From positions 62,001 to 122,377 of the IMG/VR virus record IMGVR_UViG_3300042519_000373: a DNA stretch of 60,377 nucleotides; one strand, 5' to 3'. This document shows positions 1 to 9,174 of this stretch, piece by piece. Below the pieces are notes generated by a model. The model searched no databases, had not been told where the DNA came from, and worked only from the letters and a program-made list of their open reading frames with translations. Position 1 is the first letter of the stretch, and every line of letters begins with the position of its first letter. Origin of the DNA: an uncultured virus (IMG/VR IMGVR_UViG_3300042519_000373) (Duplodnaviria > Heunggongvirae > Uroviricota > Caudoviricetes). The translations under genes and the position numbers were made by a program.

Positions 1-736
1 ACTTCTGCAACATGAGATTGTTCCAAGAATAGCCTTTAGAATTACGGTCGGCAAATGCTTCACGAAGCCCTACTTTATTTTTAGTGCCTTTTTCACGCAC
101 ACCGGGATATGCACTAAAGATATTGTCGCTAGTGTCGCCACGCATACATTTCTCAAACAATAGCCATTCTGGATCAGGTTCAGGTTTTATGAGTCCAGTT
201 TTCTTGTCTTTAACTCGTTTGCCCTTTTCATCAAAGTACCCCTCGTGAGTAGTAGTTACTTGACTGACACCATTATATTGTTTCACATTGGGTGCAACTA
301 ATTGTGCAAAATCGCCATCTGTCGAAATGATAATATGCTGATCTTCGGGATGTGCTTGAATGAATCCTGCAATAAGATCATCTGCTTCTAATCGTGGATT
401 TTGCAACACAGTACAGTTAGTCTTGTTAGTCACAAAGTCTTTAAACTGATCAAACGTTTCCCAAAATACGCGGTCTTCCTCGGCTTCTCGAGGACTCTGT
501 GCCGCACGAGCTTCTGTACGTTGACGCTTGTAAGGAGCATAAAAGTCCTTACGCCAGCTACGCCCCTCGAGGTGAAAGATAACATGGTCACCTTTAAAAT
601 CACGCCACGCCTTGCGTACACTGCTGAGAATAGTATGCAGACTCATGCCCACTTTGTCTTCAAGACCGCCACGTACTACATGTCGAGCTCGGAAGAATGT
701 ATTTGCAGTATCAACGTGAATAAATGTCTGTGCCAT
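1..736 (-). CDS. T4 RNase H-like 5'-3' exonuclease (runs off the window start)
   Basis: Not in the ORF track; translated by hand from ATG at 736: MAQTFIHVDTANTFFRARH...LEGRSWRKDFYAPYK...LEADDLIA...ISTDGDFAQL...MRGDTSDNIFSAYPG, i.e. FEN/RNase H acidic motifs. TAATG coupling with the upstream gene. Confidence 0.88.
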   Translation of the reverse strand, partial: MAQTFIHVDTANTFFRARHVVRGGLEDKVGMSLHTILSSVRKAWRDFKGDHVIFHLEGRSWRKDFYAPYKRQRTEARAAQSPREAEEDRVFWETFDQFKDFVTNKTNCTVLQNPRLEADDLIAGFIQAHPEDQHIIISTDGDFAQLVAPNVKQYNGVSQVTTTHEGYFDEKGKRVKDKKTGLIKPEPDPEWLLFEKCMRGDTSDNIFSAYPGVREKGTKNKVGLREAFADRNSKGYSWNNLMLQK

Positions 737-1182
737 TAACTAACCTCAACTTTCCCATTACCTAAATTGTTTACATTTACAAAGCCACTGCCTCTACGTT
801 CCATATCTACACCTTCTTCGGCACCTACGCCTCTGCAAAGTTCTTGGAACCATTTATCTACAATGGCCTCATCTGTTTCGCCAGTATAACCAGCGGACCT
901 TAATTGTAACACGAAATACTCATTCCAGTCAAGTTCAAAGAATCCGTTACGCACGTTTTCTTTATTGACATGAGTATCCAATACAGCTACCCAGGGCTCT
1001 TTCTTTTCGTTTGCTATTTCTTTTGGACTGAGTTTTGACAACCGTTCTAATTCTTTAGCACGTTCTGCTTGCTCAGTTGCTTCTTTAGCAATTTTTGTAG
1101 CACGTTCTGCATCTTCTATTGCACGTCTAGTTTCGGCTTCAATTTTATCGATACCAAATAATTTTTTAAAGATATTGTTCAT
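736..1182 (-). CDS. Conserved hypothetical phage protein
   Basis: ORF track 736..1194; likely start MNNIFKK at 1182, overlapping the queE stop (TAATG). Confidence 0.7.
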   Translation of the reverse strand: MNNIFKKLFGIDKIEAETRRAIEDAERATKIAKEATEQAERAKELERLSKLSPKEIANEKKEPWVAVLDTHVNKENVRNGFFELDWNEYFVLQLRSAGYTGETDEAIVDKWFQELCRGVGAEEGVDMERRGSGFVNVNNLGNGKVEVS

Positions 1183-2039
1183 TAAGTTCCCCACTCATTT
1201 TTAAATAACGGCACTTGTAAACGGTCGCTATAACGTAAGCCTGCGTTCATTGCCATAATGGCCACTGCCTTGTTGTTTAGTGCATAGACACTTTCTACAC
1301 CACCCACTGGCATTAGATAAACGTGTCCTTTAAATCCTGCATCACGGAATTCTTTAGTTGCCTTCATTGCATCTGCAAAGTCTTGCTCTGTAGCTATAAC
1401 AAACTTCAAATATGCTGTGCCGTAATTTTCGTAATCGCAAACAACTTCTGGCTTGATAGCATCATCCCACGGTTCTCCACTACAAGGTAGTTTTGCACTG
1501 ACTGAGAAAGTAATTTCTCGTTCTAGATTCTCTGTAGTCCAAATACGTAGATAATTTTTAAATGCACTAGTCAGTCGCATTGTACCATTTGTTTCAAATG
1601 TGATTTCTTTTAACCCTACCATCTTGGGATGATCCAGTAAGTCTGGGTAAGCCTTCTGCCAACCCAACAACGGCTCACCACCCGTAATAACAAGATGAGC
1701 ATCCCCCCATTCGTTGTTAGGAAGCATTTCTATAATGCGTTCTACAATTCCGTCAGCCTCAATCATTGGACTTAGATCTTTAAATGCAGGATGCCAACTT
1801 GCATAACTGTCACAACCTGTACTAACAAGAGGCAAAGACTTGTACTCTGTAAATGGAGTTATCATTGTATGCTGTGCCGCAATGTCTGTTGCTTCGTGAC
1901 TTACCTCGCCTCGGGGCATGCCAAATCCTTGACAGGTAAAGTTACATCCGTATGTACGTAGAAATACAGAAGGCACGCCCATGTAGCGTCCTTCTCCTTG
2001 AATCGAATAGAATAATTCGCTTATTTTAATTTTGCTCAT
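1182..2039 (-). CDS. queE: 7-carboxy-7-deazaguanine synthase (radical SAM)
   Basis: ELFYSIQGEG, VFLRTYGCNFTC...GCDSY, ITGGEPL, ETNGT, RLQVPLF motifs; near folE. Confidence 0.92.
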   Translation of the reverse strand: MSKIKISELFYSIQGEGRYMGVPSVFLRTYGCNFTCQGFGMPRGEVSHEATDIAAQHTMITPFTEYKSLPLVSTGCDSYASWHPAFKDLSPMIEADGIVERIIEMLPNNEWGDAHLVITGGEPLLGWQKAYPDLLDHPKMVGLKEITFETNGTMRLTSAFKNYLRIWTTENLEREITFSVSAKLPCSGEPWDDAIKPEVVCDYENYGTAYLKFVIATEQDFADAMKATKEFRDAGFKGHVYLMPVGGVESVYALNNKAVAIMAMNAGLRYSDRLQVPLFKNEWGT

Positions 2040-2304
2040 ATATGTTTGACCATTGTTTTAATTTTTCGATCTTAGCAGCTTTTGCAACTTCTAAGTGTTC
2101 TAATGATATTACATTCTTTTCCAGCATGATGTCAATCATTGCCAGCATGTCGCCCAATTCTTCTTCAAGGTGTTCTCGATTAGTTTTGGGCTTGCCTGGC
2201 TTGAAGTTGTCAATGCCAAATCGACTAATCTTGCTCACCGCTTGAATTACTTCTGCACATTCTTCTTGTAGAATGTCCATTACTTCTTTTGTTTTACTAT
2301 CCAT
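2026..2304 (-). CDS. MazG-like nucleotide pyrophosphohydrolase
   Basis: ILQEECAEVIQAVSK...LEEELGDML (EExxE...EExGD) motif. Confidence 0.8.
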   Translation of the reverse strand: MDSKTKEVMDILQEECAEVIQAVSKISRFGIDNFKPGKPKTNREHLEEELGDMLAMIDIMLEKNVISLEHLEVAKAAKIEKLKQWSNIYEQN

Positions 2305-2758
2305 TATTTGCTCTATCAGTTAGATATTTGTCGTTGTGGATCCATTTGTTATTAACAAGGAATCCCCATTCACGTCTTTGTGGTCCAGGCATGAACATTG
2401 TCCAGCAGTCTGTTCCTGCTTCAAGCTCAACACGGTGATAGCTAGTAGCAGGGCAAATGCGGAAGTGACCAGGCCCACGCCAATGCCGTGTCTCACCGAT
2501 CTTGGCACCTTGTGAATTAAATTTAGGAGTCCATTCATAATAACCACCTTTAAGGATTAAAGTAGCGTAAGGCCATGGATGATCATGCACATCATCGGGG
2601 TCTGACTTAAGGAACTTGTGAAGAAAGATATTAAAGGGGAAGTGCTTTCTATCTTTAAGAAATAAGTAGTAGCGTTCGAGATACGGTTCATTTTCTTGCC
2701 TGTCCATTACAATTCGTTTACGACCAATTTGCTCTAAAAAGTTTAGGAACCATTTCAT
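2297..2758 (-). CDS. Cupin-fold metal-binding protein
   Basis: HDHPW...ILKGGYYE...YHRVEL cupin motifs 1 and 2. Confidence 0.7.
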   Translation of the reverse strand: MKWFLNFLEQIGRKRIVMDRQENEPYLERYYLFLKDRKHFPFNIFLHKFLKSDPDDVHDHPWPYATLILKGGYYEWTPKFNSQGAKIGETRHWRGPGHFRICPATSYHRVELEAGTDCWTMFMPGPQRREWGFLVNNKWIHNDKYLTDRANNG

Positions 2759-2971
2759 TTGCATGTCTCCAGCCAGTCGTTTAATCGATTCACTGCTTCG
2801 TCAAAGTCAACGCCGTAAACTTTGGCCTCTAATATATTATCTGCAATATTAATATCAAACGGTATTACTCCGTTAAATCTAAAGTCTTCCGGCACGTCGG
2901 TAGTAACAATAAATTCTTGCAGATGTCTTGCTCTGAAGATTAAGTTATTAGCCATATCTACTGAATTCATA
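2755..2971 (-). CDS. Hypothetical protein
   Basis: In-operon ORF; likely start MNSVDMANN right after the upstream stop. Confidence 0.55.
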
Positions 2972-3184
2972 TTAACCGCCTTGTGTTGAGCCTTTAGTGA
3001 ATGCCGCACGTACATCACGTAACAATGCTTCATCGTCCCACTCTAGTGTTGTTTTACCATCCGGATGAGTGGTAACAGTTAAGTGACTACCTTTGACAAC
3101 TTTTGTTTCTGCAAAAACTATCTTAGCACCGCCGATTGTGCCGGGCATCTCTATTGTTGTTTCTTTCTTTTTACGTGTTGCCAT
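2972..3184 (-). CDS. Hypothetical protein
   Basis: ORF track; tight packing behind folE. Confidence 0.6.
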   Translation of the reverse strand: MATRKKKETTIEMPGTIGGAKIVFAETKVVKGSHLTVTTHPDGKTTLEWDDEALLRDVRAAFTKGSTQGG

Positions 3185-3186
3185 AA

Positions 3187-3888
3187 TTACCTCGGAGCAA
3201 AGTCTTGCTGTAGTTTGATGTTGTCAAAGAATTCTTTCTTTGTACTTTGGTCGTCTTTAAACGCACCTTTAAGCACAGTAGTCTGCGTCAATGAGCTATG
3301 TGCCATAATACCTCGATTCTCACAGCATCCATGCACTGCTTGAATGTAAACGCCTACGTCTTTGGCGTCAGTGGCTTTTTGGATTTCCCTAGCAATGTCA
3401 TTAGCAAGTTCCTCCTGGAGAGTACCTCGACGGGCACACCACTGAGCGATCCTTGTATACTTGCTAAGTCCGATGAGTTTCTCAGCCGCAATAATACCAA
3501 TATAAGCAACGCCACTAACGGGTTGGTGATGATGGCTACACATACTGCGAAGCTCGCTACGAACAACCAACATACCTTCGTAACGGTCCTCCGAATCATT
3601 TGGAAACGCTGTTGCGTCTGGTGCATCATCATATCTTCCTGCCATTATTTCGTTGTAGTACATTTTGGCCAGTCGACGTGCTGTGCCTTTACTATTTGGA
3701 TCAGTTTCGCGATCAATAAGCAATGTATCTAGCACTTTTTCAAATGCGGTTGTCGCTTCGTTGATAAGGTCTATTTTATCCATGGGTTTGATATATTCTG
3801 AAATATTATCACCAGCCCAGAATCTTTTTCCGTTTGCTTTCATTTTATCGCGTATGGCTTGCGATAAGTTTTTACTTGTATCTGTCAT
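3187..3888 (-). CDS. folE: GTP cyclohydrolase I
   Basis: SMCSHHHQP, IGLSKYTRI, LQEEL, HGCCENRGI motifs. Confidence 0.95.
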   Translation of the reverse strand: MTDTSKNLSQAIRDKMKANGKRFWAGDNISEYIKPMDKIDLINEATTAFEKVLDTLLIDRETDPNSKGTARRLAKMYYNEIMAGRYDDAPDATAFPNDSEDRYEGMLVVRSELRSMCSHHHQPVSGVAYIGIIAAEKLIGLSKYTRIAQWCARRGTLQEELANDIAREIQKATDAKDVGVYIQAVHGCCENRGIMAHSSLTQTTVLKGAFKDDQSTKKEFFDNIKLQQDFAPR

Positions 3889-3943
3889 TGTAGTTTTTCT
3901 CCGATGTTGAGGCAGTGGATTGCCATGTATATATTCTATACTA

Positions 3944-4756
3944 TTATTTAGGTTCAGTCAACCGTAGTAGCAAATTTTTCTGCACGGCTGATGAAATTAC
4001 ATTTAGGTTAACATTATGTTCTTTGGCATAGTTTATTAGTGCTTCTGTATCTTTTGGAAAGCAGTATCCACCAAATCCTAAAGAACCATCTATACCCGGA
4101 ACACGCATATGACTTTCACCAATACGTACATCTTGTTTAATTAAATTAACAATCACGTCATAATTTAATCCAGCTTTTTCAGCTAGTTGATAAAGTTCAT
4201 TCATGAACACTACCTTAGTAGCAAGAAAGTTGTTAATAGCATATTTGGCCAAGGCAGCATCTCCAATATTACAGAACTTAACTGATTCTAAATTCGGCTG
4301 CGTCATTTTGATAATGCGTTCTGCTTCGTTTCGATATGCTCTAACATCACCGCCAATAATACACCACTTTGCGTTGGCATAATCTCTACTGGCATTAGCC
4401 GCGGTCAAAAATTCTGGACTGTGTACTAGATTAGGATAGACTTTATTAAGACGTTGATATACATTTGGCGGTGCAGTTACTTTAGAAATAATAACACCTC
4501 GAAAGTCTTTTAGTTTTTCTAAAACACTTTCTAAAATACTTGTATCACAACTTCCGTCATCATTCATTGGACTTGGGACACATATAAAGATGCCCTCACA
4601 TGTCATCAACTCTGCGTAAGTTCCAACGTATCCTTTACGTACATCTGAGTCCACACATACAACATTATCTGGTACAAACTCGGTAGAAGATCGAACAGCT
4701 TCACCTACAAAGCCTAACCCTACAATTCCTATTCTGGGATAAAAAGAGTCATTCAT
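3944..4756 (-). CDS. Short UDP-glucose/GDP-mannose dehydrogenase family protein (no C-terminal domain)
   Basis: GLGFVG Rossmann motif, ICVPSP, SPEFL, KYAINNFLATKV, catalytic GFGGYCFPKD; only 270 aa. Confidence 0.85.
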   Translation of the reverse strand: MNDSFYPRIGIVGLGFVGEAVRSSTEFVPDNVVCVDSDVRKGYVGTYAELMTCEGIFICVPSPMNDDGSCDTSILESVLEKLKDFRGVIISKVTAPPNVYQRLNKVYPNLVHSPEFLTAANASRDYANAKWCIIGGDVRAYRNEAERIIKMTQPNLESVKFCNIGDAALAKYAINNFLATKVVFMNELYQLAEKAGLNYDVIVNLIKQDVRIGESHMRVPGIDGSLGFGGYCFPKDTEALINYAKEHNVNLNVISSAVQKNLLLRLTEPK

Positions 4757-5847
4757 TTTATATTCTCTAAAAGAATGTTAGCACTGAAAAACAAACTGGT
4801 TAGATCCTGTGCTTGTTTGTTTAATTGAGGAAGGAATTTATTATAATTTTCCATGTACTGCATTATCTTTTGACATATTTGCGGTCGATAGCCTTGATAG
4901 TTTTCCCAGTTACGAGTCCAGATTTCCGGATACTTAAATGTATCGAAATACATTTCAGAGTAGCTAAGACGATCTGGTACCATTGGAACGGCATCTACTA
5001 AGGCACCTTCGTAACAGCTAATGCCAAGAGTTTCCTGCAAGTTAGCACTGAACACTATTTTTGCTTCGCCTAACAAATTATGATATTCGTTTTTAGTCAG
5101 TTGTTGATCCTGACACACTACAAATTCATATTGTGGCAAGTGTTCTTTTAAGTCACGAAAGATTTCAACTTGCTTCTCGGGTGCAATACGATGCGGAAAT
5201 AAAATTAAGTCACGCTTTGGCATACCCTTGTATGCGGTAAGTATATCATCCATATACTCCATGGGCCAGCCTGTGCGTACAACCTTGTTGTTGAATAACG
5301 TATCGTCAAATACAGTCTTATACATACTTGCTTTACGATCCGGATCTGGTTGGATCAAGTTTTCGTAAAACATGTGAATATGAAAGTCTGTGGCAAAGTA
5401 GTTGTGATCAAAAGCATGGTAGAAACTTTTTTCAGCGTGTCTGACCCAAGGCTTGTTGCCAACAAGACGTCCTAGGAAGTCTTGTGGATCATAACTGCCA
5501 GCATGCCAAAGACCGTGTGTTGTTACTGGAATACCCAGCAGTTCACTCATGTACTTGAGATTGATGATACCAGGGTGCCAAGCATCAGTAAATATAAAAT
5601 GATCACCTGCATGAACGGCTCCGTCGCAAAATAGCCGACCCATCTGCTCAACCTGCCGAGCTTTGTAGATGTTTGTGCCGCCAAAATTAAGAAAAGCCCC
5701 AGGGGTAGTAGCACTAGGAATATCTGCGGGACCAGAGATAATTTGAACATTGTGTCCTGCCTTTCGTAAGAGATTAGGTACATGAGTCTTCCACTGACCC
5801 GTGTACCTAGTCTCAACTGATTCTAAATCAACGAGAAAAACTGTCAT
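4753..5847 (-). CDS. Glycosyltransferase, GT-B/GT4-like
   Basis: FPHRIAPEKQ and SANLQETLGISCYEG (E-x7-E) motifs; likely start MTVFLVDLE at 5847. Confidence 0.8.
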   Translation of the reverse strand: MTVFLVDLESVETRYTGQWKTHVPNLLRKAGHNVQIISGPADIPSATTPGAFLNFGGTNIYKARQVEQMGRLFCDGAVHAGDHFIFTDAWHPGIINLKYMSELLGIPVTTHGLWHAGSYDPQDFLGRLVGNKPWVRHAEKSFYHAFDHNYFATDFHIHMFYENLIQPDPDRKASMYKTVFDDTLFNNKVVRTGWPMEYMDDILTAYKGMPKRDLILFPHRIAPEKQVEIFRDLKEHLPQYEFVVCQDQQLTKNEYHNLLGEAKIVFSANLQETLGISCYEGALVDAVPMVPDRLSYSEMYFDTFKYPEIWTRNWENYQGYRPQICQKIMQYMENYNKFLPQLNKQAQDLTSLFFSANILLENIK

Positions 5848-6082
5848 TTCTGTTGTATTGTGGACGAGGGTTTTTACCCTTGTATTCAGTGCGAGGCCGA
5901 CGTTCACCTCCGCTGTTCCAACGCTGATAATTCTTGTATTCTGGAGAGCGATACAAGTCTGCTGGATTAAAATCCAACAAGTTGAAACGGCAATAATCAA
6001 GCCACTTATCGAGATCATCAAAGATCTTTTCAACTTCGGGTTTCATGAACAGGGTTTTTTGAATGTAATTTGGCTGTGCCAT
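5828..6082 (-). CDS. Hypothetical protein
   Basis: 84-aa in-operon ORF with an upstream AGG. Confidence 0.6.
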   Translation of the reverse strand: MAQPNYIQKTLFMKPEVEKIFDDLDKWLDYCRFNLLDFNPADLYRSPEYKNYQRWNSGGERRPRTEYKGKNPRPQYNRNDSFSR

Positions 6083-6097
6083 TTTTATAATACCTAA

Positions 6098-6481
6098 TTA
6101 AAGGGTTGAAGGAAATTTAATGAAGCAGCCATTCTCGCCGTCTTCACTTACGTCAATCCAAATCTCACGACCTGGATATCTTGCAGAAATAGTTCCGTGA
6201 AGATCACGGCTTATCATTTCGCAGGATTTATGGTTAAGTTCGAGTGTGCCATCTGTGTAGCAGTGCTCTAACCAACGCTTAAACTGAATAAACTCAATAT
6301 CACGATCATCGTGAAATACTTGAATATAGATTTTAAAATGGAAAATATGACGGTGCGGAGTACCAAGGAAGCTAACATCATACATGTCGCCTGTTTTAAG
6401 TTTAGGATCTGTGGCCGCTGCGGGATACAGATGAACACCTTCCTTGCGAAAGGTAACCCAAATCATATTAAGATCAGTCAT
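6098..6481 (-). CDS. dpdL: QueD-paralog T-fold protein, DpdL-like (proposed CDG decarboxylase)
   Basis: LGTPHRHIF fits LxxxHRHxF in place of the QueD CxxxHGH motif; DRDIEF, SCEM, VSEDGENG; sits in the 7-deazaguanine cluster. Confidence 0.7.
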   Translation of the reverse strand: MTDLNMIWVTFRKEGVHLYPAAATDPKLKTGDMYDVSFLGTPHRHIFHFKIYIQVFHDDRDIEFIQFKRWLEHCYTDGTLELNHKSCEMISRDLHGTISARYPGREIWIDVSEDGENGCFIKFPSTL

Positions 6482-6680
6482 TAACTAATTCCTTTGCAAG
6501 AGATTTAATCTCTGAATCGGTTAGGAAAAATTGATAGTTTGAAGTAAAGTCAACTTCACCATCTTTGTTAAAACATTCTTGAATAAACTGTACATGGTTT
6601 AAATCTGTAGGAGTAAGACATTTTTTACTTTGTACTCGAAGTCTAAACGCTTTATTTTCTTTAACTGTAAACTCTTTCAT
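6474..6680 (-). CDS. Hypothetical protein
   Basis: Overlap-coupled ORF. Confidence 0.55.
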   Translation of the reverse strand: MKEFTVKENKAFRLRVQSKKCLTPTDLNHVQFIQECFNKDGEVDFTSNYQFFLTDSEIKSLAKELVND

Positions 6681-7195
6681 TTTGCTATTTCGTCCTCTTT
6701 ATATTGATCCCAATCGGTAAACTTATTACTATCCAACAAGTCGTGCAACCTATGCGTCCAAACTCCTGCATTAGTTGCTTCAAAATCTTTGTCGTCTAGC
6801 TTTATTGTAGCATTATAATTGAACTGTGTCAAGTAGGGTAGCTTAACAGAAATCATCGAAATGAATTTTCTTTGCTCATTCAGTCCCGTTTCCAAAATAT
6901 CTTCTGCATATTTGCAATCAAAATCTAGAGTACACCAAAAATCTTGTTTCAAAAGAGCCATAATCATTAGTTTCCAATTTTCGAGTTCTTCTGTACTTCT
7001 TGGTTTAAAACTTTGATTTGCTCCAAAGTATACATGTTTTACTTTTTCTTGTTTTGCAAGCAGTAATACTTCGGCTGGATTTTGGACACCTGTTACAAAC
7101 AAAGTGTCCATTCCATATGCCGCAGTATGTTCAATTTCTTTTCCTGTAAAGAAAATTACCTGATCACTAGTGCCCGTTGCATAATCACGATTCAT
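6677..7195 (-). CDS. Conserved hypothetical protein next to the TGT-like gene
   Basis: 172-aa ORF (GKEIEHT...TLFV...HVYFGANQSF), overlapping both neighbours. Confidence 0.7.
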   Translation of the reverse strand: MNRDYATGTSDQVIFFTGKEIEHTAAYGMDTLFVTGVQNPAEVLLLAKQEKVKHVYFGANQSFKPRSTEELENWKLMIMALLKQDFWCTLDFDCKYAEDILETGLNEQRKFISMISVKLPYLTQFNYNATIKLDDKDFEATNAGVWTHRLHDLLDSNKFTDWDQYKEDEIAK

Positions 7196-8822
7196 TAATA
7201 ATTCCTTCTTCTAAAGAACGTAGGTCGTCATCGTCTGGATTTTCTAAATCTACTTCCGACGAAGTAGTAACTTCTTCAATTTCGAATAAGTTGTTAAACT
7301 TGTTTTGAGCAGGACCGCCTTGCAAGCGAGAACCTTCTAAACTCTTTAAGAAAGGCATAGCTTGTTCGATCATTGCAAATGCTTCTGCTTTATCCTTAGT
7401 ATTGAATAGATCCTCTACAAAGGTATTAAAGTATAACACATTTCTAGGAACCCAGTCACTGTGTTCGTCGCTCATATCAGAGCCCTTAACTTTTTTCCAA
7501 TGTGTCCAATGTAGCTTGCCGGAAGTCTTGGCAATCTCAATATCCATTAACTGTTGAGCACGTTGTACCGCAACAATATGACACTCAACATTATGACCCA
7601 TCATCAATGCATAGGCAAAACTATCCCACGATGTTTTGTTTGGAATCTTACCTAGTTTATTAAGTCTCGGCACAGTGTTATAGTGAGCAGGATTTAAGTG
7701 ATCAAACTTAGCACCATTTAATTCTGCGTCAGTCTTTCTCTCGCCTAGATCATAGTAGGCAATATCCTTCATTGTTAGTCTGCGACCGATTGACGATTCG
7801 AATGGGAACGGGATATCTGATCCTGAAAGTGCTTTGTTATCTGGGGCTTTGTCCATAATAACACTCCACCTTTTTGGCGTGTGGACTGCGTTTGTGTAGA
7901 CAAGTCCGTGTGCTGTTGCGATGAACGGTGAGGCACAGTCAAAAGATATGGTAAGCTCTTCATTAATATGTTTCCTAATTTGTCGTTGAATCAAAGTTAA
8001 GTAACAACTCCAGTCGAGTTGTGCTGTACCCAAGAAGTGGATCCAGTTTTTGCCCTTCAGCAAACCATCTTCACGCAAGGTCATTAGACGCTTGAGTGTA
8101 ATATCCATCTTGCACATATTGGCACCACCGAAGGCCCAACCTTCTGCTTCGCGACCTGCATACTTACCTTTAGGATCGCTGAATTCTTTTACACCTGCAT
8201 ACCACTTTTCAGCAGTGTCCCAATCTGAACCTTGTAAAACATTGAGCCATTTAGTTTGGCCTAATCGATTCATTAGGAAGTAATCGTTGTTGTAGCGAGT
8301 CTTGTCTAAACAGTCATCGAATGTTTTTAAGCCTGTCTTTGGACTATGGATGTGATCGCAAGCCCATGTAGGAACGTCTAACATCATTGACCAGTCGGCT
8401 GTGAGCTCGAGCCATTCTAAAATACTTTGGCGTGTCTTAGTAGCACTTTTACCTTCAAAGTCTAACCAGTCAAACTTTAGAACGCCCTTACCAATTTGGT
8501 ATCCGCCGGAGTCTCCCAGAATCATTGTATTCCCGCGATCACGTTGTTGGATCATTGACTCCTGCGTTATACTCTTATTCAAGTCCAACTGTGCGTGACC
8601 CGCAGAGTATAGACCGTACTTGTATGTGAAATATCCTTGTTCAGGATTTAAAAAATTCATACCTTCAATACCACGATCAAATCCTGCCGGAACTCGAGCT
8701 TTAGGCACGAATTCTTCTAGTCGTTGTTTGGCAACATAGGTACTATAGAAACTACTAATAGCTGGCAAATAGACAGCATAGTCTTTCTGTAATGGTGTTA
8801 GGTTAACTTGTTGTTTCGTCAT
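7185..8822 (-). CDS. dpdA: TGT/DpdA-family 7-deazaguanine transglycosylase-like protein
   Basis: ILGDSGGYQIG (TGT DSGG motif), MMLDVP, NVLQG, GWAFGG, WIHFLG, ISFDCASP; context with folE and queE. Confidence 0.78.
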   Translation of the reverse strand: MTKQQVNLTPLQKDYAVYLPAISSFYSTYVAKQRLEEFVPKARVPAGFDRGIEGMNFLNPEQGYFTYKYGLYSAGHAQLDLNKSITQESMIQQRDRGNTMILGDSGGYQIGKGVLKFDWLDFEGKSATKTRQSILEWLELTADWSMMLDVPTWACDHIHSPKTGLKTFDDCLDKTRYNNDYFLMNRLGQTKWLNVLQGSDWDTAEKWYAGVKEFSDPKGKYAGREAEGWAFGGANMCKMDITLKRLMTLREDGLLKGKNWIHFLGTAQLDWSCYLTLIQRQIRKHINEELTISFDCASPFIATAHGLVYTNAVHTPKRWSVIMDKAPDNKALSGSDIPFPFESSIGRRLTMKDIAYYDLGERKTDAELNGAKFDHLNPAHYNTVPRLNKLGKIPNKTSWDSFAYALMMGHNVECHIVAVQRAQQLMDIEIAKTSGKLHWTHWKKVKGSDMSDEHSDWVPRNVLYFNTFVEDLFNTKDKAEAFAMIEQAMPFLKSLEGSRLQGGPAQNKFNNLFEIEEVTTSSEVDLENPDDDDLRSLEEGIINES

Positions 8823-9174
8823 GTTCTTTACTTAATATTATTGTAGCATCTAATTGTATCTTGGCCTTCTTTAAATTGCCCAAGGCAATATTAATAGCAG
8901 GATGTTCTCGGGCCAATGCTTCAAGTTGCAATTCTTCGTCACGCTTCTTTCGAGCCCAGTCAAGCAATGCTACTGCTTCACTGGTCATTGATACACTAGC
9001 ATAGCTGCTGGCTAACTCTTGCCACGATGAACCGTCATACACTTCTATATTATGATTAGAGGTATTATATCTCATCATACCTGCTGATTGGTTTCCGGAA
9101 GGAATGTAAGGATTCATTGGACTGCCTCCAGTTACCTGGAGGTATAGTCCACTGTGGGTTAACCCTTTTATCAT
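8803..9174 (-). CDS. Hypothetical protein
   Basis: 123-aa coupled ORF containing GMMRYNT...IEVYDGSSW. Confidence 0.6.
   Translation of the reverse strand: MIKGLTHSGLYLQVTGGSPMNPYIPSGNQSAGMMRYNTSNHNIEVYDGSSWQELASSYASVSMTSEAVALLDWARKKRDEELQLEALAREHPAINIALGNLKKAKIQLDATIILSKEHDETTS

Noticed and set aside
401..739. Plus-strand 112-aa ORF and the other short antisense ORFs in the track
   Set aside because: They overlap well-supported minus-strand genes (here RNase H) and have no recognisable motifs.
4753..6033. 426-aa long form of the glycosyltransferase
   Set aside because: The extension overlaps the 5828..6082 gene in another frame; ATG 5847 is the more plausible start.
7185..8822. Ordinary tRNA-guanine transglycosylase for queuosine
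   Set aside because: It is much longer and more divergent than bacterial Tgt, lacks the CxCxxC zinc site, and sits in a DNA replication context without queA/queF.
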